Below are positions 26,586 through 39,885 of a stretch of DNA of 64,000 bases, in pieces. The stretch lies in assembly GCF_036365525.1 (NCBI RefSeq), contig NW_027140861.1, positions 124,001 through 188,000 of the forward strand. Direction: 5' to 3'. The DNA is from Heterodontus francisci. Its lineage: Eukaryota. The notes below the pieces were generated by a model, which was given only the letters and a program-made list of their open reading frames with translations, was not told the origin of the DNA and searched no databases. Position 1 is the first letter of the stretch. The number at the start of each line of letters is the position of its first letter. The translations under genes were made by a program, and so were the position numbers.

Positions 26586-28080
26586 TTTTTTCCCAAAGAT
26601 ATGCTTTATTTATAAAATTTTTAAAAGTATACTGCAAAATTCAAATTGTATATTTCATCAAGTTCAGTTTCTTTCAATGCGGTCCAGGAGGTGCCTCACA
26701 ACTCTTGCCATACAGCCCGAGGGGTTTTACATGGGTTCCACCCTTGTTACACTTTGACAGTAGGACCTTACATAGTGGTCTTTCCCCATTGAGCCTTTGC
26801 TGCCCCAAGCTTTAATGCATCCCTCAACATGTAGTTCTATACCTTGGAATGTGCCAGTCTGCAACACTTGGTTGTGGACAACTCTTTGCACTGGAAGACC
26901 AGCATGTTTTGGGCAGATTAAAGTGAGTCTTTCATCTGGTTGATGATTATCTCAGTGTGCGTCCCTGGTAACAGCCTGTAGAGCACAGAGTCCTGCATTA
27001 TGGAGCTGCTCGGGATGAACCTCGACAAAATCCACTGCATCTCTTTGCAGACCTGCCTTGCAAATGCACATTCCAGAAGGAGGTGGGTGACAGTCTCTCC
27101 CCCACCACAGCCACCTCGAGGGCAGTGTGCAGAGGCGGTGAGACTCTGGCTATGCAGGAAGGATCTGATGGGGAGGGCCCTTGTCACCGCCAGCCAAGCT
27201 ATGTCTTGGTGCTTGTTTGAATGTTCTGGCAATGAGGCATTCTGCCAAATGACTCTGACAGTCTGCTCGGGGAACCATCCGACAGGATCCACCATCTCCT
27301 TTTCCCGCAGGGCCTTGAGGACGTTCTGTGCGGACCAATGCCTGATGGACTTCTGGTCAAAGATGTTTTTCAGTACAAACATTTCCACAAGGGAGAGGTG
27401 GTACTGGACAGTCCAACTGAATGGAGCGTTCCACGGTAACGTAGCCAGACCCATCCTTCACAATACTGAGGACAGACAGATCAACAGCACATAGTGACAG
27501 CTTGTGTCTGCATACCCGAGGTCTACGCACAGCTTGATGCAGCCACAGACAAAGGTGGCCATCAGGATGAGGGTGATAGGGTGATGTTGGGTACGTTTCC
27601 CCTCCCCCCCTTTATCTAGAGGTTTGAACATCATGTCCCTGCGGACGTGGTCCATTTTCAATCTCCAGGTAAAGTAGAAGAAAGCTCTGGTGACCGCCAT
27701 GACGCAGAAGTGGATATGGGCCGTCCTGTGCCATGTACAGCAACACTGAGAGCGCCTCACACCTGATGACCAGGTTCTTAGCCACAATATAGAGGGAGTG
27801 CCACTCCCACATGACCAGTTTCTGTTTCCCCATGGCTACTCACTCCTTCCGGTTTTTGTCCCCAGCCCCAGTCCCTCCGAGCCATATCCCCAGCACCTTC
27901 AGACAGTCTGACCTGACAGTGAAGGAGACAAAGGATCGATTGGCACAATTCCCAAAGAACTTGGCCTCTTTCTTGCCACAATTTACTTTGGCTCTAGAGG
28001 CCAGTTCAAAGTGGTCACAGATGCTCATCAGTGTGCGAACTGACAGCGGATCTGAGCAGAAGACGGCAACATCATCCATG
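26586..28080 (-). mobile_element. Tx1/L1-type LINE fragment inserted between Copia RT and RNaseH
   Basis: MDDVAVF RT motif and CPRGGCGGGETVTHLLLEC; poly-T at the left end; imperfect TSD CAAAGCT(T)GAT at 26577 and 28081. Confidence 0.88.
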
Positions 28081-29211
28081 CAAAGCTTGATCGGTCACTT
28101 GAACTGGTTGTGCACTCAGACTAGACCAGATTCTAGTTTTGATATGTTGGTGTTAAGTTCTATGATGAAACACCATAAAGTCAAAAAGGTTTGAAGGGCA
28201 AATAAAATGTTGAAAAAATAAATCTGGAGAAATGTGTACTTAAGTTCCCAACTTAGGTGACCCAAAGAACATACAATAGTTATTTTTAGTGAGGCTTCAC
28301 CTGCTAATCTTCCTGATTGGTATTAGAGTGCAGCTGGTTTCATGTTATTTCTAATGGGTGAAAATGGGAAATGTTGTCCTTTAGTTAGGAAGGTTAAGAA
28401 AATAAAGCAGGCCTATTAAAAGTACTTTAGTGCAGAAACACTGGCTTTTGTGAGGCAGTGGGATTCTATTTGACAAACATTTTAAGTAGGATTCTATACA
28501 ATGGACATACTGGGAGATAGTCTACCCATTGAATGCCATGTAGATAATCGTTCCTTTTGGGATAATGTACACTCTATGAAACATGTGAGTGAGAAAAGGA
28601 TATGGATTGACTTTACTGGCTTAAAACAAATGTTGGAGAGAAATGAAATCTCTAAAATTAAATGGGTAGCTGCAAGTCACCAACAATCTGAATTGTTTTA
28701 CAAAAAGAAATGCTTGTACAAAGAACTTGTTAGGGGTCTTTGGGCCGAAGGGCCTGTTTCGGTGCTGTATCTCTCTCTCTCTCTCTTTGACTCTCCATGT
28801 CCTCGAGGAGGAGCATCTGGCAATATAACGCTCTGTACTGAATATGGAAATTGTTTCTGATTTTCTTTTGAAATGTTATTTGTGCATATTAACTCTTAAG
28901 ATTTATTTAAAAAGAAAGAAGGGAATCTGTTAATTGTATATCAATTGTGTTTATTTATATGCAGGTGAAGGGCATTAATTGGAGTTTTATTTTAGCACAT
29001 ATAAAGTGACACTTACTGAAACTGTGTGGTCGAGTTAGGAGGTATATGCTTGTAATGTTTCACACTGTAAAGACTGAGTAAAGTTTGGGTCCCATATCAT
29101 CCTTCATCAGTTGGTTTTCTGCAATAGAACAAGAGAGACAGACACTGCATTAAGATTGTACAGTAAGCACCAGTTATAAAGTTCCAGTTGAAGGCCATTG
29201 AATGATCTGTT

Positions 29212-32200
29212 TTTTTTTAAATTCATTCATGAGGTGTGACAGTCACTGGCAAGGCCACAGCATTTATTTCCCATCCCTTATTGCCCATGAGAAGGTAGTA
29301 ATGAGCTGCCTTCTTGAACCGCTGCTGTCCGTGTGGTGTAGGTACACCCACAGTGCTGTTAGGGAGGGAAACCAGGATTTTGTCCCAGCGACAGTGAAAG
29401 AACAGTGATATACTTTCAAGTCGCATGATGTGTGACTTGGAGGAGAATTTACAGGTGATGGTGTTCCCATATGTCTGCTGTCCTTGTCCTTGTAGGTGGT
29501 AAAGGTTGAGGATTTGGAGAATGCTGTTGAAGGAGGCTTGGTAAGTTGTTGCAATGGATCTTGTAGATGGTACACACTGCTACACTGTGCACTGGTGGTG
29601 GATGGGTGCAGATCAAGAGGTTGATTTTTCCTGGATGGTGTCGAGCTTCTTGAATGTTGTTGGAGCTGCACTCATCCAGGCAAGTGGAGAGTATTTCATC
29701 ACACACCTGACTTAAGCTTTCCAAATATTGAGCAGAATTTGGGGAATTACTCACATCAGAATTCCCAGATGCTGACCTGCTCTTGTAGGTACAGTATATA
29801 GCTGCTTAAGCTAATTTTCTGGTCAATGGTAAACCCCACTGCCTTCCTCCAAATGTTGAACGTGGTATTTCAGTGACGGTAATGTTGTTGAATGTCAAAG
29901 GGAGATGGTTAGATTCTCTCTTGTTGGAGATGGTCATTGCCTGGCATTGTGTGGCATGAATATTACTTACCACTTATCAGCATAAGCCTGAAGGTTAAAT
30001 GTTGTCCAGATCTTGCTACAGGTGGGCATGGACTGCTTCAGTATCTGAGGAGTGGCACACGGTACTGAACACTGTGCCATCCTCAGTGAATATGCAATAT
30101 CCTTGGGAGAGATGATTGGCCTCCTAACCACAACCATCTTCCCTTTGTGCTGGGTATGATTCCAACCAGTGGAGAGTTTTCCCCCGATTCCCATTGACTT
30201 CCAATTTTGTGAGTGCTCCTTGATGTCATACTCGGTCAAAGGCTGCCTTGATGTTAAGGGCAGTCACTCTCACCTCACTTCCTGAATTCATCTCTTTTGT
30301 CCAAGTTTGATCCAAGCTGTAGTGAGGTCTGGAGCCGAGTGCCCTGGTGGAACCCAAACTGAGCATTGGTTAGCAGGTTGCTGCTGAGTAAGTGCCGCTT
30401 GACAGCGCTGTCGACAACACCTTCTCTCACTTTGCTGATGATTAGAGTAGACTGATGGGGTGGTAATTGTCTGGATTGAATTGGGCTGCTATATGTGGAC
30501 AGGACACACCTGGGCAATGTTCCACATTGTCGAGTAGATGCCAGTGTTGTAGCTGTACTGGAACTGCTTGGCGAGGGGTGCAGCTAGTTCTGGAGCACGA
30601 ATTTTCAGTACTACAACTTGGATGTTTTCAGGGCCCATAGCCTTTGCTGTATCCACAGTGCGCTGCTATTTCTCAGAGTCATAGAGTTAAACAGCACAGA
30701 AACAGGCCCTTTGGCCCACTGTGGTCTGCGCCGGCCATCAAGCCTATCTATTCTAATCCCATTTTCCAGCACTTGGCCCGTAGCCTTGTATGCTATGGCA
30801 TTTCAAGTGCACATCTAAATACTTCTTAAATGTTGTGAGGGTTCCTGCCTCTACCACCCCTTCAGGCAGTGTGTTCCAGATTCCAACCACCTGCTGGGTG
30901 AAATTTCTTTTCCTCAAATCCCCTCTAAACCTCCTCCCCTTAAATCTATGCCCCTTGGTTATTGACCCCTCTGCTAAGGGAAAAAGTTTCTTCCTATCTA
31001 CCCAATCTATGCCCCTCATAATTTTGTATTCCTCTATCAGATCTCCCGTCAGCCTTCTCTGCTCTAAGGAAAACAATCCTAGCCTATCCAATCTCTCTTC
31101 ATAGCTGAAATGCTCCAGCCCAGGCAATTTCCTCTGCACCCTCTGCAGTGCAATCACATCCTTCCTATAATGTGGCGACCAGAACTGTACACAGTACTCC
31201 AGCTGTGGCCTAACTAGCATTTTATACAGCTCCATCATAACCTCCCTGCTCTTATATTCTATGCCTTGGCTAATAAATGCAAGTATCTCATATACCTTCC
31301 TCGCCACCTTATCTACCTATCTTGATATCATGTGGAGTGAAACTGGCTGAAGACTGGCATCTATGATGCTGGGGTCCTCAGTAGGAGGCCAAGATGGATC
31401 ATGCACTCCACACATATGGCTGGAGATGGTTGAAAATATTTCAAACTTGTCTTTTGCACTGACATCCTGGGCTCCCCCATCATTGAGGATGGGGTTGTTT
31501 GTGAAGCCTCCTCCTCCTGTTAGTTGTTTAATTGTTCTCCGCCATTCCTGACTGGATGTGACAGGACTGCAGAGCCTGGATCTGATTCGTTGGTTGTGGG
31601 ATCGATTAGCTCTCTCTATCCCATGCTGCTTCTTCTGCTTATCATACATGTAGTCCTGTGTTGTAGCTTCACCAGGTTGGCACCTCATTTTTAGGTATGC
31701 CTGGTGCTGCTCCTGGCATGCTCTCCTGCACTCCTCATAGAACCAGGATAGGTCCTCTGGCTTGATGCTAATGGTAGAGTGGAGGATATGAAAGGCCATG
31801 AGGTTACAGATTGTGGTTGAATATAATTCTGCTGCTGCTGATGGCCCACAGTGTCTCATGGATTCCCAGCTTTGAGCTGCCACACCTGTTTTGAATCTAT
31901 CCCATTTATCATGGTGATAGTGCCATGCAACATGATGGAGGGTCTCCTCAGTGTGAAGATGGGACTTCATCTGCTCAAGAACTATGTGTAGCCACTCCTA
32001 CCAAGACTGACATGGGCAGTTGGTGAGGTAAAGTATGTTTTTCCCTCTTGTTGGTTCTCTCATCACCTGCTGCAGGCCCAGTCTGGCAGATATGCCCTTC
32101 AGGACTTGGGCAGCTTGGTCAGTAATGGTGCTGCCAAACTGCTGTTGGTGATGGACATTGAAGTCCCCTACCCAGAGTACATTCTGTACCCTTGCTGCCC

Positions 32201-32930
32201 TCAGTGCTTCTTCCAAGTGATGTTTATCATGGATGAGTGATTCAACAGCTGAGGGGGAGCTGTAGGTGGTATTCAGCAGGAGGTTTCCTTGTTTATTTTT
32301 GACCTGATGACATAAGACATCATGGGGTCTGGAGTCGATGTTGAGGACTTCCAGGACAACTACCTCCCAACTGTATACCACTGTGCTGCCACCAATGGTG
32401 GTTCTGTCCTGTCGGTGGGACAGGACATACCCAGGGATGGTGATGGAGGAGTCTAGGACATTGGCTGTAAGGTATGATTCTGTGAGTATGACTATGTCAG
32501 GCTCTTGTTTGACTGGTCTGTGGCACAGCTCTCCCAATTTCGGCACAAGTCCCCAGATGTTAGCGACGAGAGCTTTGCAGGGTCGACTGGGCAGGGTGGA
32601 GCCTTTGTTTTTTTCGCTGTCTAGGTCAATGCCGGGTGGTCTGTCTATTTTTATTCTTTGACTTTTCTGTCATGGTTTGATACAATTGAGTGGCTTGCTA
32701 GGCCATTTCAGAGGGCAGTTAAGAGTCAACCAAATTACAGTCAGTCTGAAGTCACATGTAGGTCAGATCAGGTAAGGACAGCAGTGAACCAGATGGGTTT
32801 TTATGACAATCTGGTAACTTGATGATTCCAATTTCTGAGACATACTTTTTATTTTATTTTATTTATGAAATAATTGAATTTAAACTGCACCAGCTTTAAT
32901 TGAGGGATTTGAACTCATGCCTATGGAGTA
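29212..32930 (-). mobile_element. Second copy of the APE-RT LINE (same family as 22980-25740) with a SINE-like 5' region
   Basis: ORF fragments are homologous to the plus-strand copy (PKLGEL...VILTESYL, WFYEECRRACQEQHQAYLKMRCQP); same 3' tail at 29212. Confidence 0.9.
30676..31318 (-). mobile_element. CR1 3' fragment nested in a LINE
   Basis: LVRPQLEYCVQFWSPHYRKD...YEERLDRLGLFSLEQRRL. Confidence 0.9.
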
Positions 32931-33204
32931 TTAGTCTGAGCTTCTGGATTAGTTGTCCTGTAACATTACTACTATACTATTGATCCGTTGAGACAGAAGA
33001 TGAGCCATGATCATAGTGAATGGTGGGGAAGGTTCGATGGGCCTTATCATCGACTCCTCCTATTTCTTCTGTGCTTAGAATCCTATTTTTACAACATATC
33101 TGCAAATGAGTCAGTAAAACAAATATGAATAAATTAATCCATGATAATCTTATTCAACATCAGGAATAACAACTTTTTCCACATTACGTGACATTTAAAA
33201 GAAT

Positions 33205-33940
33205 ATAAGAAATAGGAGCAGCAGTAGACCATACGGTTCGTCAAGCCTGCTCCACTTTTCAATTTGATCATGGCTGACCTTCTGCCTCAATTCCACTTTC
33301 CATCCCATTCCCCATATCCCTTGATTCCCTGAGTGACCTGTCTCTCTCAGCCTTAAATATATTCAACGATGGAGCATCCACAACCCTCTGGGGTGGAGAA
33401 TTCCAAAGATTCACAACGCTTGGAGTGAAGTAATTTCTCCTCATCTCATTCCTAAATGATCGGTCCTGTATCCTGACACTGTGCCCCCGGATTCTAGATT
33501 CCCTGATCAGTGGAAACAATCTCTCAGTATCTACCCTATCCAGCATCTTCAGAATGCTGTATGTTTCAATGAGATCACCTCTCATTCTTCTAAACTCCAG
33601 AGAACATGAACCCAATTTACTCAGCCTCTTATCATAGGACAATTCTCTCATCCTAGGAACCAATCTAGTGAACCTTTAAAGTACAGCCTCCAATGCAAAT
33701 AGATCTTTCCTTCAGTATAGTGATTGGAATTGCACAAAGCATTCCAGATGTGGTCTCACCAAAGCCCTGTACAATTGTGGCAAGATTTCCTTATTCCTGG
33801 ACTCCAATTCCCTTGCATTTGCCTTCCTAATTGCTTGCTGTACCTACATGTTAACTTTCTATGAGTACACCTAAGCACTGCTGAACACCAATGTTTGGAA
33901 GTTTCACACCTTTTAAAAAATAATCTGCTTTTCTATTTTT
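33205..33940 (-). mobile_element. CR1 3' fragment
   Basis: SLEFRRMRGDLIETY motif and CR1 tail. Confidence 0.88.
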
Positions 33941-34489
33941 TCACACTAGGTCACAACAGGATGCATCTGTCCTGAGCTCAGCATTTCAAGGCATCAACAG
34001 TTTAGCTAATATTTACATATCCTTTCACACCTTATGTGACAATTTGCATACTGCAATTTATTCTTACACATCTTGTTAAATACTTGTTATTAAAAATGGA
34101 GAAGAGAAAGTTTATCCCATGTATACTCTTCACCTTGAAGAGAAGGAATCCTATCCAACTCCTCACATTTAGACAATTAGTTTTTAATTAATGCAGCCAA
34201 TTTAAAACTCAAATATTTTGTCAAACATTTCATTAAGCATCACAAATAACATACATCATGATTATTAGTACAGTGATTACAATTCTCTGAGCACAAATTA
34301 TAATCATAGACCAAATCCCTCTCCATGGGTGCTGACTGACATTATACCCTACTTTGCACCATTTATTATTGCCTAACATTACTGTGCCCCTTTCCATGGT
34401 AGTTTATATGACAGTGACTACAAACATCAGTTATATTACAGCTTGGTGGCATAGTGACATTCAGACACATTTTATCTGTCTCACTCTAG

Positions 34490-34812
34490 ACAAGGACAAA
34501 CTGTACCGATTAACTAATGGTACAAGGACTAGGGGACACAGATTGAAGGTTTTGGGCAAGAGAAGCGTGGGAATATGAGAAAGAACTTGTTACACAGCGG
34601 GTGGTAAGGATCTGGAACTCGCTGCCCACAAGGGTGGTGGAAGTGGAGGCAATCAATGACTTCAAAAGGAAATTAGATGGCCAGTTGAAGGAAATATATC
34701 TTCAGGAGATTGAGTGGGGGAGTAGGACTGATTAGGGAGCTCCGTGGAGAACTGGCATGGACTTGATGGGCCGAATGGCCTCCTTCTGTGCTGGATATGA
34801 CTCTATGACTCT
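34490..34812 (+). mobile_element. CR1 3' end
   Basis: RTRGHRLKV motif and gggccgaatggcctccttctgtgc tail. Confidence 0.85.
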
Positions 34813-35775
34813 CCATACGATCTCTGTAGTAGTAGGTAGCCTCTCAAGGTAGGTAACCAGACCTAGAACAATTAATACTCTAAGAAACACATTCCACCTG
34901 CCGGCAAGGTGTAGTATTTATTCCTTGACAGTTTTGAGCTGATTAATGTGATACTATTTGATATAACTCAGACATTTCTTACTTGAAAACTGAACTATAT
35001 ACATGGCAGGACTGGCCTGATCAGTGATAGGGTATAGTCCTGCCGTTTTTGTTCTAACAAAATGGTCCTTTTTACCATAATTTAGGACCATTACAGAGTC
35101 TCCAATTTGATACTCAAATGGATGATCCTATTTGTCAAAGTACTTTTAGACCTGATTCTTGGATTCTCCCAAATTCCATGTTACGAATTGATTCGTCTGA
35201 TCGATGTAATGGATCATCTGCTTCAACCACTCAGTGGTACAACTGCTTTAAAGCAAAGGACCTGCTGTGGGCACCAGTAGGTGTCCAGGCATACACATCA
35301 GACATCCTGTCATTACCCGATAGGGGTAAATTCATGTAGTACGACACTGTCTAGATCACATCACCAGTAAATACATTGGTAACATGCTCACCCATTGAAA
35401 GGGGTGATCTGCACAGAACTTTTTAAACATTGTTTGAAGTCCTATTCTCTCTTTCCACTACTCCAGATCATTGAGGATGGTGACATATGGGCAATTTGTA
35501 TTTAATCCTCATCAATTTCTGTCGTTCAGTCAAAACGTTTCCTGTAAGATGTGATCCTTGATCACTAGCTACCTGTATGTGCACTCCCCACCTGCAGATC
35601 ACCTCAATCAATGGTATTTTAGCCTCAACAAAAGCACGATTATTATGGTAAGGAAAAGCCTCTGTCCATTTGATCAACTTGTCTAATATAAGTAGCACAT
35701 GTTACTGGTTAACTGGAGGAGTTGGCAATGAACTGATAACATCGAGCTGAAGGTGCATCCAGGGTCCTGCAGGAG

Positions 35776-37250
35776 GTCATAGAGTCATTACAACACAGAT
35801 TGAAGCCATTTGGCCCATTGTGTCCATGCCAGCTCCCTATACAGAGTCAGTCCCATTCCCTCGCCCTACCCCCGTAGGCCGGAAAGTTTCTTTCTCTCAA
35901 GTGTCGATCCAATTTCCTTTTGAAATCATTGATCGGCCCTGCTTCCATCACCCTCGTAGGCAGCGAGTTACAGGTCATTACCACTCGCTACATATAAAAA
36001 TTCTTCTTCATATTTCCCCTGCATCTTTTGTCCAAAACCTTAAATCTGTGTCCCCTCGTCCTTGCACCATCAGCCAATGGGAACAGATTTTCTTTGTCTA
36101 CCTTATCTAAATCTGACATAAATGTGTACCTCTCTGTTAAATCTCCCCTCAACTTCCTTTGCTCCAAGAAGAATAACCCCAGTTTCTCCAACCTAACCAT
36201 GTAACTAAAATCCTGCAGCTGGAATTTTACACCCCCTGCAGGAGCGGGCTGGAGGTGGAGGAGGGAGGTTGTAAAACTGAGTGGGAGGTGGGGGGGTGCC
36301 GTTCCCGTCGCCTTCCAGCACTCGCTGCAGTTTCACGTGCGGTGGTGGCGGCAAGAAACGGCCCACCCGCCTCAGGCCAATTAAAGCCCTTAAGTAGCCA
36401 ATTAACAGCCACTTCAGGGCCTCCTCCCATCACTGCCAGTCCATTACCAGCAGCATGTGGGCAGCTCAAGACCTTAAGAGGCCACTCGGCAAAACCTAGC
36501 AGCCACCACTGCAGCACATTCCTCCCCTCCGCCCCCACAACTGACTCCGCTTGCCTTGACAGGGCCCGGCCGATTGTCCCCGGTGAGGCCCCGCACACTT
36601 AGCTTCATTCTAAGGCCAGCATCCATGCTGCACCTCTCGCCGGGTGCAGTACCAGTCGTGCCACCGCTCCTGGTGGCACTGCTGGGACTGAGAGCTGACA
36701 GCCCGCTGATTGGCAGCTCCTGGAGGTTGGAGTTCCTGCCTCAGAGGGGTTGAACTCCTGCCCGAGGACAATTAACGGCCAGGGGCCCGTAAAATCTCTG
36801 CATGGCTTCCAGGTGGGATGGAGGCGGGCTCACCCCCGAATTCTTGGCCATTGGGTGGGGCCTCCAGCCCAATGTACGATTCCAGCCTGCATCCCTGGAA
36901 CCATTCTGGTAAATCTCCTCTGCACCCTCTCAAAGACTCTCACAACCTTCCTAAAGTGTGATGTTCAGAACTGGATGCAATACTTTAGTTGTGGCCTAAC
37001 CAGAGATTCAAAATGGTAAAGCATAATTTCTATTCAATTATTTATCTATTTATGCAGTACAAGTTCCCACATGCTCTGCTAATTATTCTCTCAACATGTT
37101 CTGCCACCTTCAAAGGTCTACGCACATGAATACCCTGGTCCCTCTGTTCCTGCAAACTGTGTTGTTAAGTCTCTATTGCTTCTTCCTATTTCTTCTGCCA
37201 AAATGCAACATCTCACATTGCTCTGTAGTAAATTCCATCTGCTACTTGTA
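35776..37250 (-). mobile_element. CR1 3' fragment split by a MITE
   Basis: RLEKLGLFFLEQRKLRGDL; CR1 sequence resumes after 36891. Confidence 0.85.
36218..36886. mobile_element. GC-rich non-autonomous DNA transposon (MITE)
   Basis: TIRs GCTGGAATTTTACA / TGTACGATTCCAGC; flanking CTGCA duplication; inserted in CR1. Confidence 0.7.
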
Positions 37251-37646
37251 CAGGAAAGTGCAGTTGGTGTTTGTAGGAGGATTGTACTGTGCTTACAGGT
37301 AATGTTACTTGTCTTATCTGGCTCCCATACAGTTTGAGCTATTTTCTGGACAGTTAATATCCACAAAGAAATGTGCTCCCAGGACGACTGTGAAACAGCT
37401 CAAAGAGCTCCTCCCCCACCCCCCTTCTCACATCATATCACATTCATTTCTCATCAGTTCATAACAGGATGCACCTGTCCTGAGCTTTGCATTTTGTAGG
37501 CATCAACAGTTTAGCTTTATATTTGACACAGATCCTTTTGCACCTCGCATGACCATTTGCATACTGTAATTTATTTTTACACACGTATTATTGCTGCATA
37601 CTTGTAATTAAAAATCGAGAAGAGAAAGCTTATTCCGTGCCCTTAC

Positions 37647-37709
37647 AGTGCCTCATCTCCAGGCCGATCCTCCAATGTCATCCAACCATCTGTGCTCAGA
37701 CTGTTTCAA
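37647..37709 (-). CDS. Candidate 63-nt exon of the same unidentified gene/pseudogene
   Basis: Acceptor ctcttgtctcctttgttccag, donor CT|gtaagg. An internal ATG gives MTLEDRPGDEA(L), phase-2 compatible with the 16950 exon. Confidence 0.4.
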
Positions 37710-39885
37710 CTGGAACAAAGGAGACAAGAGGAGATTTCATTGAGGGATTTTCAAATGATGAAGGGTTTTGATCAAGTGAATCGGGAAATACGATTTCCTC
37801 TGTTTTAGGGGCCATTGAAGAGGGGGCAATAATTTAAATGCTCATTGAGTGAGGAGAGAAGATAGGAGACATTCCTTCTGAGTTGTTTGGAACATGGAAT
37901 GCCCTACAAACAGGGAGTGGGTGATGGAAAGAGCTTTGCATCTTTTAAAGGGAAATTGGATCAATATTTGAAGGAGTGAAAGAGACTGGTTGGTCAGATT
38001 GCAGAGCTCACAGAGGCTGTCTATAGTGTGTGAGTCAGAGTTTGGAGAGTAAGGTCACTGAGTCTGTCATCCCTACCACTTCCACCTTCGGGATTCTGAC
38101 ATTGATTTCTATTGTTAAATATATAAATTGACCCCGTCTCCCCTTGTGCTGGACCTCCACATCCAGACATCCTGTCCCCACATCAGCATCAAGCAGCAAA
38201 CCTGCTCCAGCTCCAACTCCACTTCACCATTGCTTGGGGTTAATGACACTGAAACTGGTTAGTGCCAAGTCCATACAGTCATCTCCCACTGATGTCAGCT
38301 GTGGGTTCACCTTGGGACTGAACAGGACAGGCTCAGGATGGGGAGGCTCCTGTTGTCTTGATGGTTCAGAGTGGGACAGGATGCTTATGGCCACTCACCA
38401 ACCTGTCCCTGATATCCCAGTCCACACCATCAGGTGAAGCCTTGTTAACAGCTTCTATTGAGACCTCCCAGGATGAAGACAAATGGTCCTCTTTGGGCAC
38501 CAGCGCCTCTGAGGTGTCTGTGCACAGACACAATGGGCTGAATGGCCTCCTTCTGTGCTGTAATTGTTCTGTGGGTCTATGGTGCCAGAGTCAGGCTGGT
38601 TCACCCAGGCAGCACCAGCTACTGTCGGTGAGTCCATCACCCGAGGCATCTGCCATCCCCTCTGGTGCCACTAACCCAGCCCTGGGACATTGGTCTCCAG
38701 TTGGCACTGGCTCATTTGGGGACATCACCCTCTGAGGACTCAACCATGCTGAGGATCGTCGATGTTGTGGGTGATTTCCACGGTGAGGGCAGTCGCAGGT
38801 CTCTGTTCACTTTTTATAGATCAGTGCCTCCCCCACCATCACTGTGGAGCCACCTTCAACCTCTCCCTCTAACTGCTGAGGGACAGCCAGATTGCGAGGG
38901 CACCCTCTCCCAGGGAGGGTACATGTGTCTCAGTGCCACTTCCCCCAAGTGGCAGGGGTTCACATCTCGAAGGTTTAACCAATGACTTGTATTCATCAGT
39001 TTATAGCTGCCTTGATCCCTGCTCCCAGGACTCCCTATCAACCTTCCCTGTCGGCTCAGCCTGTGGAAGCTTCCTGGAATTGGGAGCCAGAGTCGGAACA
39101 CAACCAGCATCTGCTGAGGCCTTTTCATGAGAGAGAGAGAGAGTCAGAGACCAGGAGCAGGTTGGTATCTGCCATCCCACACTGCTGCCACAGAGGGATT
39201 GGGCCAGTAGTTAACAGGGATGTCTCCAAAGGCCATTCCTAATTTACTGCTGGGTTGGAGAGAGCTCTTGGCTGTGGCTTTCTGTTCCTTCAAGGAATAT
39301 TATACCTACATTCCCTCCGTTCAGGGGCAGTGCCAGGAGCCAGTGGACAGTCAGTTCCTCAGGGAGCCAGTAATTGTCCAGTCTTTGGTTGGCAGGGTAA
39401 GTGAGAACACTGTCCGGTCAATGCAAATACAGGCAAACGGCAGACTGTGGTAGTGGGGCTAAGCTGCTCGTGATGGAGGTGGAATGAAAGGCTGGTCTGT
39501 CCAAAGACACAGGGAACTGTCTCAAACTGTTCATAGTGTAACCAGTCCACTGGCCTACTCTAGATAGTAGAGCAGGAGGGACAGGCAAGATTTCCCTGAG
39601 AGGCAGCAGAGAGGGAAGGAGGGTAATGGGAAAGCAGTAACTGAGCTCTGGATAGACATGGAACTTTCATCCAGGTAGGATGGTGAAGGCCAGTGAGAAT
39701 TACTGGCTGCTCTGGGAATTCCCTGTCTAGTATTGTACTGGTCATGGGGCAGGGGGAAGGGATGGTCAGGGTGATGGTTTCAAAGTCAACCCTGATCAAA
39801 TGATTCTTAGTGATCCTGGTTCTTTGTGTCAGGGTCTGGGACTGGACAGAGTGAACACACAGATACAGTTTGTGGAACAAGTGTT

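Larger units (their letters stand above)
19204..29131 (+). mobile_element. Decayed Ty1/Copia-type LTR retrotransposon with nested insertions
   Basis: LTRs at 19204-19414 and 28928-29131 (TGTTAATT...AA[C/T]A); PBS TGGTAGCAGAGGAT at 19415; PPT before the 3' LTR. Order is gag, Zn knuckle, IN (HRQFTH..CEIC, TDNGGEF), RT (GLNDASRVWY), RNaseH (TRPD, SAETLA), i.e. Copia order. Confidence 0.9.
33955..37640 (-). mobile_element. Deleted LTR-retroelement/ERV remnant (integrase plus env-like piece) between ~175-bp diverged direct repeats
   Basis: Integrase core at 35468-35770 (WTEAFP...RWG...SDQGSHLTG...HHPQ); direct repeats at 33955-34125 and 37463-37640; interrupted by CR1 and a MITE. Confidence 0.65.

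Noticed and set aside
38820-39860. Several short ORFs between the class I polyA site and the candidate TATA box
   Set aside because: No recognisable domain and multiple stops in all frames; may be decayed exon sequence, but this cannot be supported.
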